Source: Candidatus Kaiserbacteria bacterium (lineage in GTDB: Bacteria > Patescibacteriota > Minisyncoccia > Phycocordibacterales > UBA2100). Taken from it: DNA of 64,000 nt. Of the stretch, positions 26,316 to 36,360 are shown one piece after another. Position 1 is the first letter of the stretch. Each line of letters opens with the position of its first letter. The DNA lies in NCBI GenBank assembly GCA_016432285.1, contig CP066682.1:730274-794273 (forward strand). The letters run 5' to 3'. Position numbers and translations under genes: made by a program. The notes below the pieces were generated by a model, which saw nothing but the letters and a program-made list of their open reading frames with translations, had not been told where the DNA came from and made no database searches.

Positions 26316-27548
26316 ATGGAAATTGTTACGTACGTGCTTCTCTTTGTTTCCCTCTACTTTGAGGTGTTCCTTTTGCTTTCGTTCCTCGAGCGACGTCGCG
26401 GCGTCGCGATCAAAAAGGGTCCAGGCGCGGCACTCCTCCCCTCTGTTGCGATCGTGGTGCCGTGCTTCAATGAAGAGGACGGTGTGCGATCGACGCTCCT
26501 CTCGCTCCTCTCGCTCCGATATCCCAGCGAGAAGATCGAGATCCTCCTCATAGACGACGGATCGACGGACCGCACGGTGGCGGTAGCGCAGGATCTGATC
26601 GCGGCGACTCCGGGCGCGGCGGAGCGTATAAAAATATTTTCAAAAGAGAACGGTGGCAAGCACACCGCGATGAATTTCGCGCTGGAGCGCACGGAGACAG
26701 ATCTCATCGGTTGCCTCGACGCCGATTCCGTGGTCGATCCGCACGCGCTCTCGCGCATCGTGCAGGTACTCGAGGATAGTGCGATCTCCGCTGTCACACC
26801 CGGCATTCATGCCAAAGAGCCCGAAACCTGGCTCCAGCACATGCAGCACGTAGAGTACCGCATCTCGATTTTCAACCGCTTCATGCTCGCGGCGCTCGGC
26901 TCTGCATTCATCACGCCCGGCCCCTTCTCGATATTCCGCACCGCTGTCGTACGGGAGCTCGGCGGCTGGAAGTACGGGCACTCGACCGAAGATATGGAGC
27001 TTGCGCTTCGCATGCAGAAGCACGGGCATCTCATCGCGAACGCTCCTTCGGCCACCGTCCACACCGGGATCCCGCGCACCTTTTCCGGCCTCTTTCGCCA
27101 GCGCGTCCGTTGGACCTACGGCTTTCTCAAAAATGCGATCGACTACCGCGCTATGATCTTCAACAGGTCGTACGGCAACCTCGGGCTCCTCGTGCTGCCG
27201 CTCGCACTCTTTTCGATCGCCGCCGCGATCTACTTCTTCTGCCAGATGATCTTCAGCGCGGCGCTTTCCCTCATGACCACCTTCACCCGGATCGAGCTTA
27301 CGGGCACGCTCCCAAGCCCGACGCTTGAGCTTTTCTATATCAACACGAGCGCGATGTGGATTCTCGTGATCGTCTCGGTGGCGCTCGTGCTCGCACTCAT
27401 CATGGCGGGCTCGCGGATCGGCACCGGCTCGAAGAGGCCTCCCATGGGCACGCCGCTCTTCATGCTCTTCTACAGCTTTTTGGTGCCGCTCTGGCTCGGA
27501 GCGGCCGTCGTTCGCGCGATTTTTAATACTGGTGTAAGGTGGCGCTGA
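26316..27548 (+). CDS. Family-2 glycosyltransferase, processive polysaccharide synthase type
   Basis: ATG at 26316. N-terminal TM. GT2 motifs VPCFNEE, LIDDGSTD, DADS and the QRVRW (QxxRW) motif of processive synthases (cellulose/chitin/PNAG-like). Several C-terminal TM helices. 410 aa. Confidence 0.8.
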   Translation: MEIVTYVLLFVSLYFEVFLLLSFLERRRGVAIKKGPGAALLPSVAIVVPCFNEEDGVRSTLLSLLSLRYPSEKIEILLIDDGSTDRTVAVAQDLIAATPGAAERIKIFSKENGGKHTAMNFALERTETDLIGCLDADSVVDPHALSRIVQVLEDSAISAVTPGIHAKEPETWLQHMQHVEYRISIFNRFMLAALGSAFITPGPFSIFRTAVVRELGGWKYGHSTEDMELALRMQKHGHLIANAPSATVHTGIPRTFSGLFRQRVRWTYGFLKNAIDYRAMIFNRSYGNLGLLVLPLALFSIAAAIYFFCQMIFSAALSLMTTFTRIELTGTLPSPTLELFYINTSAMWILVIVSVALVLALIMAGSRIGTGSKRPPMGTPLFMLFYSFLVPLWLGAAVVRAIFNTGVRWR

Positions 27549-28255
27549 TGGAAGAAGCGATCGTCAACTCAAGGGCCGCAAAGTGGAGCACGTACGCGGT
27601 CGCGTTTGTCATCACCGCCCTCATCTTCGGGACGGCCTTCGCGGCGAGCGTGTACTTTAACGGCCGGCGCGCGGCCGAGATCCGGACCGCGCAGGATTCG
27701 ATCTCGATCGACATCCTCTCACTTGAGACGCAGTTCGACCTCCTGGCGGAGCACTCCTGCCGCGACATATCGGAAAACTCCGTACTCTCCAAAGAGATCC
27801 GGCCGGTGGGAGAGCGGCTCTCCTTCCTCGAGGGCCAGCGCAACGTCGACCAGGACGAGCTGCTGCGGCTGAAGCGTTACTACTCGCTTCTCCAGATCAA
27901 GGATCTCCTTCTCATGCAGCGCGTCGCGCAAAAATGCGGCCTCGAGCCGGTCTTTATCCTCTACTTCTATTCCAACGCAGGCGACTGCGAAGACTGCGAG
28001 GAGCAGGGGTATGTGCTGACCGCGCTCTCGGAGCAGTATCCGCAGCTTCGCATCTACTCCTTCGACTACAATCTCGACCTCTCTGCCCTCCAGACTCTGA
28101 TCGACGTCAACGACGTGCAAAACAGCCTGCCCGCTCTCATCATCAACGACCGCGTGCAATACGGCCTCAAGACGATCGGCGACATCGAGAAGATACTGCC
28201 CGAGCTCGCGACGCTAAAAAAGGCCGAGTCGAAAAACGCGACCTCAACGGAGTAG
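27548..28255 (+). CDS. Membrane-anchored hypothetical protein, translationally coupled to the GT2 synthase
   Basis: Its ATG overlaps the GT2 stop (TGATG) and is preceded by a GGTGG RBS. One N-terminal TM (WSTYAVAFVITALIFGTAFAA). Contains YFYSNAGDCEDCEEQGYVL, which may be a CxxC redox-like motif. Confidence 0.55.
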   Translation: MEEAIVNSRAAKWSTYAVAFVITALIFGTAFAASVYFNGRRAAEIRTAQDSISIDILSLETQFDLLAEHSCRDISENSVLSKEIRPVGERLSFLEGQRNVDQDELLRLKRYYSLLQIKDLLLMQRVAQKCGLEPVFILYFYSNAGDCEDCEEQGYVLTALSEQYPQLRIYSFDYNLDLSALQTLIDVNDVQNSLPALIINDRVQYGLKTIGDIEKILPELATLKKAESKNATSTE

Positions 28256-28272
28256 TTTGGAGCGCCACCGCG

Positions 28273-28345
28273 GACATCTGGGAAACCCACGGTTTTCCCA
28301 GACCTTCCTCCACGGGGAACCAGCCGGTTCCCCGGTCCCCTCCTC
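28273..28345 (+). terminator. Two consecutive hairpins downstream of the 27548..28255 gene
   Basis: ctgggaaa-cccacgg-ttttcccag and ggggaacc-agcc-ggttcccc. No long U-tract, so this may be a terminator or a processing structure ahead of the tRNA. Confidence 0.3.
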
Positions 28346-28369
28346 GTCCGGGAGTCGCACTTTATTGAG

Positions 28370-28442
28370 AGCCGCCTCCCGGACTCGAACCGGGGACCTT
28401 CACTTTACAAAAGTGTTGCTCTACCAACTGAGCTAAGGCGGC
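28370..28442 (-). tRNA. tRNA-Thr (anticodon UGU)
   Basis: The reverse complement folds as a cloverleaf: acceptor GCCGCCU/AGGCGGC, D-arm GCUC-AGUUGGUA-GAGC, anticodon loop UUUGUAA (anticodon UGU), T-arm CCCGG-UUCGAGU-CCGGG, discriminator U. 73 nt, CCA not encoded. Confidence 0.85.
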
Positions 28443-28455
28443 AACTGCCGCACGA

Positions 28456-28863
28456 TTATACGCGCGTTGTCTCGTCCTGACTATCGCCGCTACTGCCATT
28501 CTTGTGCTCGATCACTTTCTGCAAAAACTCCGAGCGCGGAGCCCGGCGCGTGAAGCGACCCTTGTGAGAGACGAGGTCGGCGAGCCGGTGCGCCTGGCGC
28601 TCGAATCCGCGCGCCACCGATGCCGCACCGAGTGCCGTTTTGTGTACGAGAATCCGGGCAAGGTGTAGCGTCTCCGGCGGCAATTTTTCAAGATCTTTCT
28701 GCAGCGCAAAGAGGAGGTCCTTCAATCGGAGCGCCTCCGCGTCGAGCTTGCCGCGAAGCGCGGGCGCGAGGGTGCGGCTCTTGCTCTCTTCCCAGCGCTT
28801 CAGCCCAAAGAGCGAGAGAATGCCAAAAAGCGAGAGGAGGAAAACGATGATCGCAAACGTCAT
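28456..28863 (-). CDS. Small membrane protein (135 aa)
   Basis: Start MTFAIIVFLLSLFGILSLFGL at the ATG 28861-28863, 4 nt downstream of the tsf stop. A single TM then a charged coiled region. Confidence 0.45.
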   Translation of the reverse strand: MTFAIIVFLLSLFGILSLFGLKRWEESKSRTLAPALRGKLDAEALRLKDLLFALQKDLEKLPPETLHLARILVHKTALGAASVARGFERQAHRLADLVSHKGRFTRRAPRSEFLQKVIEHKNGSSGDSQDETTRV

Positions 28864-28867
28864 AGAT

Positions 28868-29449
28868 TTAGCGCACCGAGAGTCGCTCGAATCGCACGAC
28901 TTCAATCTTTTCGCCGAATTTCTGGACGGCGGATTCGATGAGCTGCCGCACCGTGAGGCTCGGGTCCTTCACAAAAGGCTGGTCGAGAAGCACGCGCTCG
29001 CGGAGATAGCTCTCCATCTTGCCGTCGATCGCCTTCCTGCGCGCTACCTCGGGGATGTTGGCCGCCTCTTTTTCAAAAACCTCGCGTGCGGCGCGCACGT
29101 CTTCGTCCTTCACATCTTCTTTGCTGCGAAACTGCGGGTTCATGGCCGCCACGTGCATCGCGATGTCGTACGCCAGTTTGCCAAACTCCTCGTTGCGGGA
29201 GACGAAGTCGGTCTCGCTTGCGAGCACGACCGCTCCCACCACCGAGCCGCCCGCGTGCGTGTAGGCTGCGGCCACTCCGGCGCCGAGCTCACGATCGCTC
29301 TTTTTCGTGGCCACCGATGCACTGATCTTGCGGAGGATCACCTTCGCCTTTTCGATATCTCCCCCCGCCTCTTCAAGCGCCTTTTTGCACTGCATCACTG
29401 AAACGCCGGTTTCGTCTCGGAGCGCTTTGATTTCTTCGGTGGTAGCCAT
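28868..29449 (-). CDS. tsf: Elongation factor Ts
   Basis: MATTEEIKALRDETGVSVMQCKKALEEAGGDIEKA (UBA-like N-terminus) plus the EF-Ts core. 193 aa. Confidence 0.9.
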   Translation of the reverse strand: MATTEEIKALRDETGVSVMQCKKALEEAGGDIEKAKVILRKISASVATKKSDRELGAGVAAAYTHAGGSVVGAVVLASETDFVSRNEEFGKLAYDIAMHVAAMNPQFRSKEDVKDEDVRAAREVFEKEAANIPEVARRKAIDGKMESYLRERVLLDQPFVKDPSLTVRQLIESAVQKFGEKIEVVRFERLSVR

Positions 29450-29491
29450 AACAAAAAAATGTAGCCGAAGCTACAGTCTACACGAAAACGA

Positions 29492-30187
29492 TTAATTCTT
29501 CGAGGGAGCGACTTTCTTTCCGGCTTGCACCGCTTCGCACATCCGTTCGCACACGAGACTCACGCTCCTGACCGACGTGTCATTGGCGGGGATCGGCCGC
29601 TGCACGAGCGAAAAATCGCAGTCCGAGCTCGAGAGCCCGATCACCGGAATACCGAGCTGATTCGCCTCCTGGACCGCCGTGTCCTCGTGACGCGTATCGA
29701 CGATAAAGAGCGCGCCCGGAAGCTCCGTCATGGAGACGAGCCCGCCAAAGCGCGCCAAGAGCTCCTCGATCTCGCGATCGATAAGCAAGCGCTCGCGCTT
29801 CGTGTACTTTTCGAGCTCCCCCTTTTCGCGCTCGTCCTGGAGTTTCTGAAGGCGGTCGATGCGCTTGCGGATATTTTTGAAATTGGTGAGCGTACCTCCG
29901 ATCCAGCGGCCCGCGACGTACGGCATTCCGGCCTTTTCGGCTGCCGCCTTCACGAAATCGGCCACCTCTGGCTTGCCGCCGACGAAGAGCACTTGCCGCG
30001 TCGCCGCCACTCCCTTTGCAAACTCAAGCGCTTCAGCGAAGCGCGCGTGGGTAGCCTCGAGATCGAAGATATCGGATCGGTCCTTCGTGGTGAAGATAAA
30101 AGGGGTCGCGCTCGGATGTCGCCTCGCGCGTGGCAGCGCAAAGTGCGCACCCGCGTCGAAAAGGCTCTGAATATCCGATACTTTCAT
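29492..30187 (-). CDS. rpsB: 30S ribosomal protein S2
   Basis: MKVSDIQSLFDAGAHFA..., VLFVGGKPE, IPVIGLSSSDCD, which are typical S2 blocks. Sits in the conserved rpsB-tsf arrangement. Confidence 0.85.
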   Translation of the reverse strand: MKVSDIQSLFDAGAHFALPRARRHPSATPFIFTTKDRSDIFDLEATHARFAEALEFAKGVAATRQVLFVGGKPEVADFVKAAAEKAGMPYVAGRWIGGTLTNFKNIRKRIDRLQKLQDEREKGELEKYTKRERLLIDREIEELLARFGGLVSMTELPGALFIVDTRHEDTAVQEANQLGIPVIGLSSSDCDFSLVQRPIPANDTSVRSVSLVCERMCEAVQAGKKVAPSKN

Positions 30188-30214
30188 AGTCCCGAGATAC
30201 TAGCAAAGCCGTCC

Positions 30215-31189
<975 letters not shown>

Positions 31190-31206
31190 GCAGCAAGTAT
31201 ACGCCG

Positions 31207-31235
31207 CGCCCCGCATGATGCGGGGCGCGGCACGA
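31207..31235. terminator. GC-rich hairpin between rpmE and prfA
   Basis: gccgcgccccgcat-gatgcggggcgcggc, a perfect palindrome. The T-tract is on the + side only, so orientation and function are ambiguous. Possibly a terminator, attenuator or processing site between co-directional genes. Confidence 0.35.
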
Positions 31236-31241
31236 GGGTCG

Positions 31242-31514
31242 TTATTTCTTTTTGGCAGCCTTTGGCTTTGCGGCGGCGGCGCGCTTTTTGAACTTGTCGA
31301 CGCGTCCGGCGGTGTCGATGGTCTTCGCTTGTCCTGTGTAGAAGGGGTGCGAGGCGCTCGAGATTTCCACCTGGTAGAGCGGATACTCTTTGCCGTCATC
31401 CCACTTGTCGGTCTTCGAGGTCTCCACGGTCGAACCAATCAAAAAACGCTTCCCCGAGGTGGAATCCTCGAAGATGACCGCTCTATAGTCTTTGGGGTGA
31501 AGATCCTTTTTCAT
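31242..31514 (-). CDS. rpmE: 50S ribosomal protein L31 (type B, no Cys) with a K/A-rich tail
   Basis: [35 protein letters not shown]...[23 protein letters not shown], then [12 protein letters not shown]. Start M at 31514, in-frame with a longer ORF-track version. Confidence 0.8.
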   Translation of the reverse strand: MKKDLHPKDYRAVIFEDSTSGKRFLIGSTVETSKTDKWDDGKEYPLYQVEISSASHPFYTGQAKTIDTAGRVDKFKKRAAAAKPKAAKKK

Positions 31515-31548
31515 TGTCGGCACACTATAGAGGAATCGGGCTGAAATA

Positions 31549-32889
31549 TCAACGTCCCTCAAGAATGTCGATCTCGGCCTGGATTTCATCGACATGCTCC
31601 ATGACCGAGTCGCCGTACCGGGCGTTGGCGGCTTTGTTCCAGTTGGCGCCGGCGAAATACTTCAGAGCCGCACGGCGCTCAGCCGTACGCGTCCCCTCAT
31701 CGGCGCCGTTGTCCTTCATGAGGAAGGCGGTCGCGAAGACTGCGGTGCGCGCATTCCACGGATTCGGGAATGTCTCTCCGCTTGCCGCGGCAAGGCGCGT
31801 CTTGTAGAGCATCCAGGTCGAAGGAATGAACTGCGCCGGGCCCATGGCTCCCCCGTACCCGGAGCCTTGCGGGCACGACACCGGCGTGTTGGACCAGTCG
31901 CGGCCGAGTGCTTCGGTGATCGTCTGGAAGGGGGTCGTGTCGCGCGGCGCCTTCATCACGTTGGAAATGGCGCGACCAGTGTTCTTGCCGACGCCGCCGC
32001 CAGTGAGGAGATTCGTTACGTAGCACGAACCCACGTTGACTCCGAGATCGGATTCCTGCGTCAGAATCGCGAGCACGAGCGCGGGCCGGACGCCCGTGGA
32101 AGCGCTCGCTGCTTTGGCGTATTCGTACGCCGTGCCGAAGGGAATCGCCTCCGAGTCGCGCAGTCCAAAGAGCGCTGCGCGGATCGCATCGGCCTGGCGC
32201 TGCTTCTGCGCAATGATCTGCTCGTACGATTTTTCAACGCCCTTGGTGGCAGTCAAAATCCCCTGCTTTTCCTTTTCGTCGCGCTCCACGGCCTGCTTCG
32301 CGAGTACCTGCGCCGTGCGGACTTTCTGCGCCTCATCTTCTTCCTCTTCGAGCGCCTGTTTGCGGCCCGAGAGATCCTCCCGGAGCGCCGAAATCTGCGC
32401 AAAAGAAACGTCGAGCGATCGCTGGATTGCCTCGAAGTTGTCGATATCCTGAAAGAGATCCGAGAGCGATCCGCCGAGCGCGAGCTCGACGATCGTGAGG
32501 TCGTCGATCTCGCGGGTGCGCCGCAAAATCTGCGCGAGCGATTCCTCGCTGCGAAGCGCCTTCGCGTCGAGCTCGCGGATCGCGGATTGCTTTTCTGAAA
32601 TGCCGCCCTGGAGCTGCTTGAGGGCGAGGTCGGTCTGCTTGATCTGGAGCTGGGCGGTCTTAATCTTATTGTCGAGAATCGAGATGTCGCGCTCAAGCGA
32701 CGTGCGCTTTTTCTGAAGCTCGCTCAAGGTGCCTTTGTTGTTGGCGATATCGCGCTCGATCTGGTCGAGCTCCGCCTGGAGGCGCGCCCGCTCGGCCGCA
32801 TCCTGCACCTGCGCCCCAAGAGAAAGCGGCAGGGCCGAAAGGAATAGCAAAAGGATGGCACACAAAAAAAATCTCCGCGCGAGCACCAT
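31549..32889 (-). CDS. Secreted coiled-coil protein with a C-terminal SLT-type lytic transglycosylase domain
   Basis: Signal peptide [26 protein letters not shown]. About 230 aa of coiled-coil heptads. The C-terminal domain has [14 protein letters not shown] (catalytic Glu-Ser of the family-1 LT/lysozyme-like fold) and ...[13 protein letters not shown]... Confidence 0.7.
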   Translation of the reverse strand: MVLARRFFLCAILLLFLSALPLSLGAQVQDAAERARLQAELDQIERDIANNKGTLSELQKKRTSLERDISILDNKIKTAQLQIKQTDLALKQLQGGISEKQSAIRELDAKALRSEESLAQILRRTREIDDLTIVELALGGSLSDLFQDIDNFEAIQRSLDVSFAQISALREDLSGRKQALEEEEDEAQKVRTAQVLAKQAVERDEKEKQGILTATKGVEKSYEQIIAQKQRQADAIRAALFGLRDSEAIPFGTAYEYAKAASASTGVRPALVLAILTQESDLGVNVGSCYVTNLLTGGGVGKNTGRAISNVMKAPRDTTPFQTITEALGRDWSNTPVSCPQGSGYGGAMGPAQFIPSTWMLYKTRLAAASGETFPNPWNARTAVFATAFLMKDNGADEGTRTAERRAALKYFAGANWNKAANARYGDSVMEHVDEIQAEIDILEGR

Positions 32890-32945
32890 ACTACTTATAG
32901 ACAGCAGTATAGCAGTTTTCTTTCTTCACTCTCAAAAAATCCGCG

Positions 32946-33593
32946 CTACTCCTTCTTCTCCTCCGCTGGGGCTTCGCCTCCCTCGGCTTCCTTCTTCTCC
33001 TCTTCGCCGATGATGACCGTTTCGGGTGCGGGTGCGACCTCGATCGGCACTTCCTTAAACTCCTTCACCGATGCGACGATTTCTTCTCCGTGCGTGATGA
33101 GCGATGCGCTTCCCGGAAGCTTGATCTGCGACGCCGCGATGTGATCTCCCACGTTTGCGAGCGAGGAAAGATCGACTTCGAGCGTGTGCGGAAGCTCCTG
33201 CGGCGTGACTTCGATCTCGACTTCGTGGAGCGTCTTCACGACGATGTGGCCCATCTTTTCCGCTGGTGCCTGTCCAACGAACTCGAGCGGAACCTTGATT
33301 TTCACTTTCTTGCCCTTTTCGATGACATAAAAATCCGCGTGCAAAAGTTTGCCGGTAACCGGGTGGAACTGCGCATCGTGAATCAGCGTGTCCTTTTCAG
33401 AGCCCACGCCCTTCAGCACGACGATCGTGGTCTCGCCCGCTTCCTTCCAGACGTGCTGGAGCCGGAGCGCTTCCACGGCGATCGGGGTCGACTCCTCTTT
33501 GGGGCCGTAAAAAATAGCAGGCACGAAGCCTCGCTTTCGCAGCTCCTCGGGCGACTCCGCCGCGTCGCGCGCTTTCACTTCAAGCGTCAACAT
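32946..33593 (-). CDS. rplY: 50S ribosomal protein L25 / general stress protein Ctc, with an E/K-rich tail
   Basis: Start MLTLEVKARDAAE... The L25 N-domain (GFVPAIFYGPKEESTPIAV), the Ctc beta-barrel C-domain, then ...EEEKKEAEGGEAPAEEKKE. Confidence 0.75.
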   Translation of the reverse strand: MLTLEVKARDAAESPEELRKRGFVPAIFYGPKEESTPIAVEALRLQHVWKEAGETTIVVLKGVGSEKDTLIHDAQFHPVTGKLLHADFYVIEKGKKVKIKVPLEFVGQAPAEKMGHIVVKTLHEVEIEVTPQELPHTLEVDLSSLANVGDHIAASQIKLPGSASLITHGEEIVASVKEFKEVPIEVAPAPETVIIGEEEKKEAEGGEAPAEEKKE

Positions 33594-33654
33594 AGTTTCA
33601 GGATTATACGGATTCTGCCCCCAAATGCAATGACGCCGTGCTACACTTTTCCCT

Positions 33655-34647
33655 ATGTCATTCGACGTGCTGGCGATCGGAGATACGACCATCGACGCCT
33701 TTATCAAGCTCACTGACGCCGTCGCCACCTGCGACGAACACGGCGAGCACTGTAAGCTGTGCCTGCGATATGCGGACAAGGTGCCGTACGAATCCGTCGA
33801 GGTGCTCGCGGGCGTCGGCAATTCCGCCAACGCCGCGGTCGCCTGCGCGCGCCTCGGCCTCTCAAGCGCACTCCGGGCTTACGTGGGCGACGATCGTGAA
33901 GGCACCGAGTGCATCGAGTACTTCAAGAGCCAGCATGTCGACACTTCTCTTGTTGAACGAGCGCCGGGCGTGAAGACAAATTACCACTACGTGCTCTGGT
34001 ACAAAGCCGACCGCACCATCCTCATCAAGCACGAGCGCTACGCGTACGCGATGCCGGCGACAACCCCGGAGCCGAAGTGGGTCTATCTCTCCTCGATGGC
34101 CGACAACTCGCTCGAGTACCACAAAGAGATCGCCACGTATCTTATGGCGCATCCTGGTGTGAAGGTCGCCTTTCAACCGGGCACCTTCCAGATGAAGCTC
34201 GGCGTCGACGTGCTGAAAGACATCTACGCACGCTCAGAAATTCTGTTCTGCAACAAAGAGGAGTCGCAGCGCATATTGAAAACGCAGGAGGACGACGTGA
34301 AGAAGCTCCTCGAGGGAATCCGAGCGCTCGGGCCCAAGCTCGCCGTCATCACCGACGGCCCCAGCGGGCTCTCCGCTTCAGACGGCAACGAGCAATTCCA
34401 TCTCCCCATGTATCCTGATCCGAAGCCACCGGTGGAGCGCACCGGCGCGGGAGACGCCACATCTTCAACGACAGTCGCCTATCTCGAGAAGGGTCTCTCG
34501 CTCCAGGAGGCCCTGAAGCGCGGGCTCATCAATTCCGCAAGCGTGGTGCAGCACGTGGGCGCTCAAAAGGGCCTGCTCTCGGCAGAAGAGATCGAGGAAT
34601 GGTACGTGCGGCGTCCCGCACATTTCGTAGCCGCACCTCTCTCATAA
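33655..34647 (+). CDS. PfkB-family carbohydrate kinase (ribokinase-like)
   Basis: MSFDVLAIGDTTIDAFIKL (N-terminal GD motif) and the C-terminal anion hole/ATP motif TGAGDATSSTTV. 330 aa. Confidence 0.75.
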   Translation: MSFDVLAIGDTTIDAFIKLTDAVATCDEHGEHCKLCLRYADKVPYESVEVLAGVGNSANAAVACARLGLSSALRAYVGDDREGTECIEYFKSQHVDTSLVERAPGVKTNYHYVLWYKADRTILIKHERYAYAMPATTPEPKWVYLSSMADNSLEYHKEIATYLMAHPGVKVAFQPGTFQMKLGVDVLKDIYARSEILFCNKEESQRILKTQEDDVKKLLEGIRALGPKLAVITDGPSGLSASDGNEQFHLPMYPDPKPPVERTGAGDATSSTTVAYLEKGLSLQEALKRGLINSASVVQHVGAQKGLLSAEEIEEWYVRRPAHFVAAPLS

Positions 34648-34650
34648 CGC

Positions 34651-34669
34651 CGGGATTTCGTAAATCCCG
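34651..34669. repeat. REP (family 2) copy upstream of RAYT2
   Basis: cgggatttcgtaaatcccg palindrome, 4 nt after the pfkB stop and 8 nt before the RAYT2 start. Confidence 0.8.
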
Positions 34670-34676
34670 ATTCCGC

Positions 34677-35330
34677 ATGGAGTTTTACCACGCACTCAAC
34701 AGGGGCGTTGAAGGCCGCAAACTCTTCCTCGACGACAGAGATCGTTTTCGATTCGTGCACGATCTGTGGGAATTCAACGACTCTGCACCTGCACCCGAAT
34801 TCTCCCGATATCGGGATTTACGAAATCCCGATACCTTGCCCGCACGTGAGCGCATCGTTGATATTCACGGTTGGTGCCTGATGAGCAATCACTACCACCT
34901 CTTACTCTCCGAGTGCCGCGAGGGAGGCCTTTCCTACTTTCTTCGAAAACTCAACGTGGGATACGCCAACTATTTTAACGAAAGATATGAAAGGCAGGGG
35001 TCCTTGTTCCAAGGACGAACGAAGAAAATCCTCATCGCGTCAGACGCACACTTTCTTCACATTCTGCACTACATACACCTCAATCCACTCGACTTCCTTC
35101 GAGCGACCCGTGATTGGCGCGCCGGGCGCATTGTTGGTCGCGGGCGAGCGATTGAGCACCTACAGAAGTATCGTTGGAGCAGCTATCTGGACTATTGCAG
35201 CCGAAAAAATTTCCCCTCCGTCGTTACAACGGAGTTGTTCGTAGATGTCTTCAAGAACTATGAAAAAGTGATTCGTTCCTACCTACAAGATATGGAGTTT
35301 GACGACGTACGTCCCCTGCTGCTTGAGTAG
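34677..35330 (+). CDS. REP-associated tyrosine transposase (RAYT), copy 2, with a REP-derived in-frame insert
   Basis: MEFYHALNRGVEGRKLF...GWCLMSNHYHLLLSE (HuH)...YRWSSYLDY (Tyr). An 11-bp-arm REP palindrome at 34807-34834 encodes residues ...RYRDLRNPDT... inside the ORF. Confidence 0.85.
   Translation: MEFYHALNRGVEGRKLFLDDRDRFRFVHDLWEFNDSAPAPEFSRYRDLRNPDTLPARERIVDIHGWCLMSNHYHLLLSECREGGLSYFLRKLNVGYANYFNERYERQGSLFQGRTKKILIASDAHFLHILHYIHLNPLDFLRATRDWRAGRIVGRGRAIEHLQKYRWSSYLDYCSRKNFPSVVTTELFVDVFKNYEKVIRSYLQDMEFDDVRPLLLE
34807..34834. repeat. REP (family 2) copy embedded in-frame within the RAYT2 coding sequence
   Basis: tatcgggatttacgaaatcccgata is a perfect palindrome with 11-bp arms and the same family as the flanking copies. 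The ORF frame stays open across it. Confidence 0.8.
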
Positions 35331-35341
35331 TTTCGGCCGGA

Positions 35342-36360
35342 TTACCGGGATTTACGAAATCCCGGTGTGGGTGATCGCCGGGCGGCCGCGCGGATCACCG
35401 CCTCTTTGATCGCGGTGTGAGACATGCCGAAGTGCTCGATAAGCTCCTGCGCCTCTCCCGACTGGCCGAAGCGATCCTGCATGCCGATAAACTCGATCGG
35501 CACCGGAGCCTCTCGCGAGAGGAGCTCGGCGATCGCGCCCCCGAAGCCCCCGTGCACCTGGTGCTCCTCCACGGTAACGACCGCACCCGCGCGCGTCGCC
35601 TCGCTAACGATCGTCTCCCGGTCGAGCGGCTTCACCGTGTGCACGTTGACCACGCTCACCTCGGTACCTTCGGCCTCCAGATCGCGCGCCGCAAGGAGCG
35701 CCTGATAGAGAAGAGAGCCTGTCGCGAAAATCGCGACCGATGGATTTTTGGATTGCCAGAAGAGCTGCGCCTTGCCGATCTGAAACGGCGTATCGGGAGT
35801 CGTCATGACAGGACTCTTTTCCCTGCCCCATCGCATGTACACGGGAGTGCCGAGCTTGGCAGCCGCGATCGTCGCCTTCCTGCCCTCCTCCGAATCGCAC
35901 GCGGAAATCACGGTAAAGCGCGGGATCGCGCGCATCATCGCGAGATCTTCGAGCGCCTGATGCGTCGCGCCGTCGGGGCCGACGGAAACGCCCGCGTGCA
36001 TGCCGCAGACGATGACCGGCACGTTGTTGATCCCGATCGTGGTGCGAATCTGCTCCCAGTTGCGGCCCGGATTGAACGCCGCGTAGGAGGTGATGAACGG
36101 AATCTTGCCGTAATTGGCCATGCCCGCCGCAACCGTCGCGAGGTTCTGCTCCGCGACGCCCACCTGCACGAAGCGCTCGGGAAATGCCTTTTCGAAATGG
36201 TGCGCCTGCGTGCTCTCCGCGAGGTCTGCCGTCAGCACGACGACGCGCTCATCGGCTTTTCCCGCTTCGACGACCCCTTTGCCAAACCCTTCGCGCGTCG
36301 AAGCCATCGCGGGCTTCTCGAAGATATTCTCGGCGAGTTTTGCGTCGGGATTGATCATAC
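35342..36360 (-). CDS. tkt: Transketolase, C-terminal subunit (pyrimidine-binding plus C-terminal domains)
   Basis: Start MINPDAKLAENIF at the ATG 36358-36360. Transketolase Pyr domain (...FPERFVQVGVAEQNLATVAAGMA...) and the C-terminal domain. The last 7 codons and the stop are REP-derived. Confidence 0.85.
35344..35366. repeat. REP (family 2) copy at the tktC 3' end
   Basis: accgggatttacgaaatcccggt. Read on the minus strand it encodes the last residues PGFRKSR, and the stop codon of the transketolase C-subunit ORF sits beside it. Confidence 0.8.

Noticed and set aside
28261-28369. Possible second tRNA or sRNA next to tRNA-Thr
   Set aside because: The two hairpins there do not form a cloverleaf; no acceptor or T-arm pairing was found. 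They are kept only as terminator-like hairpins.
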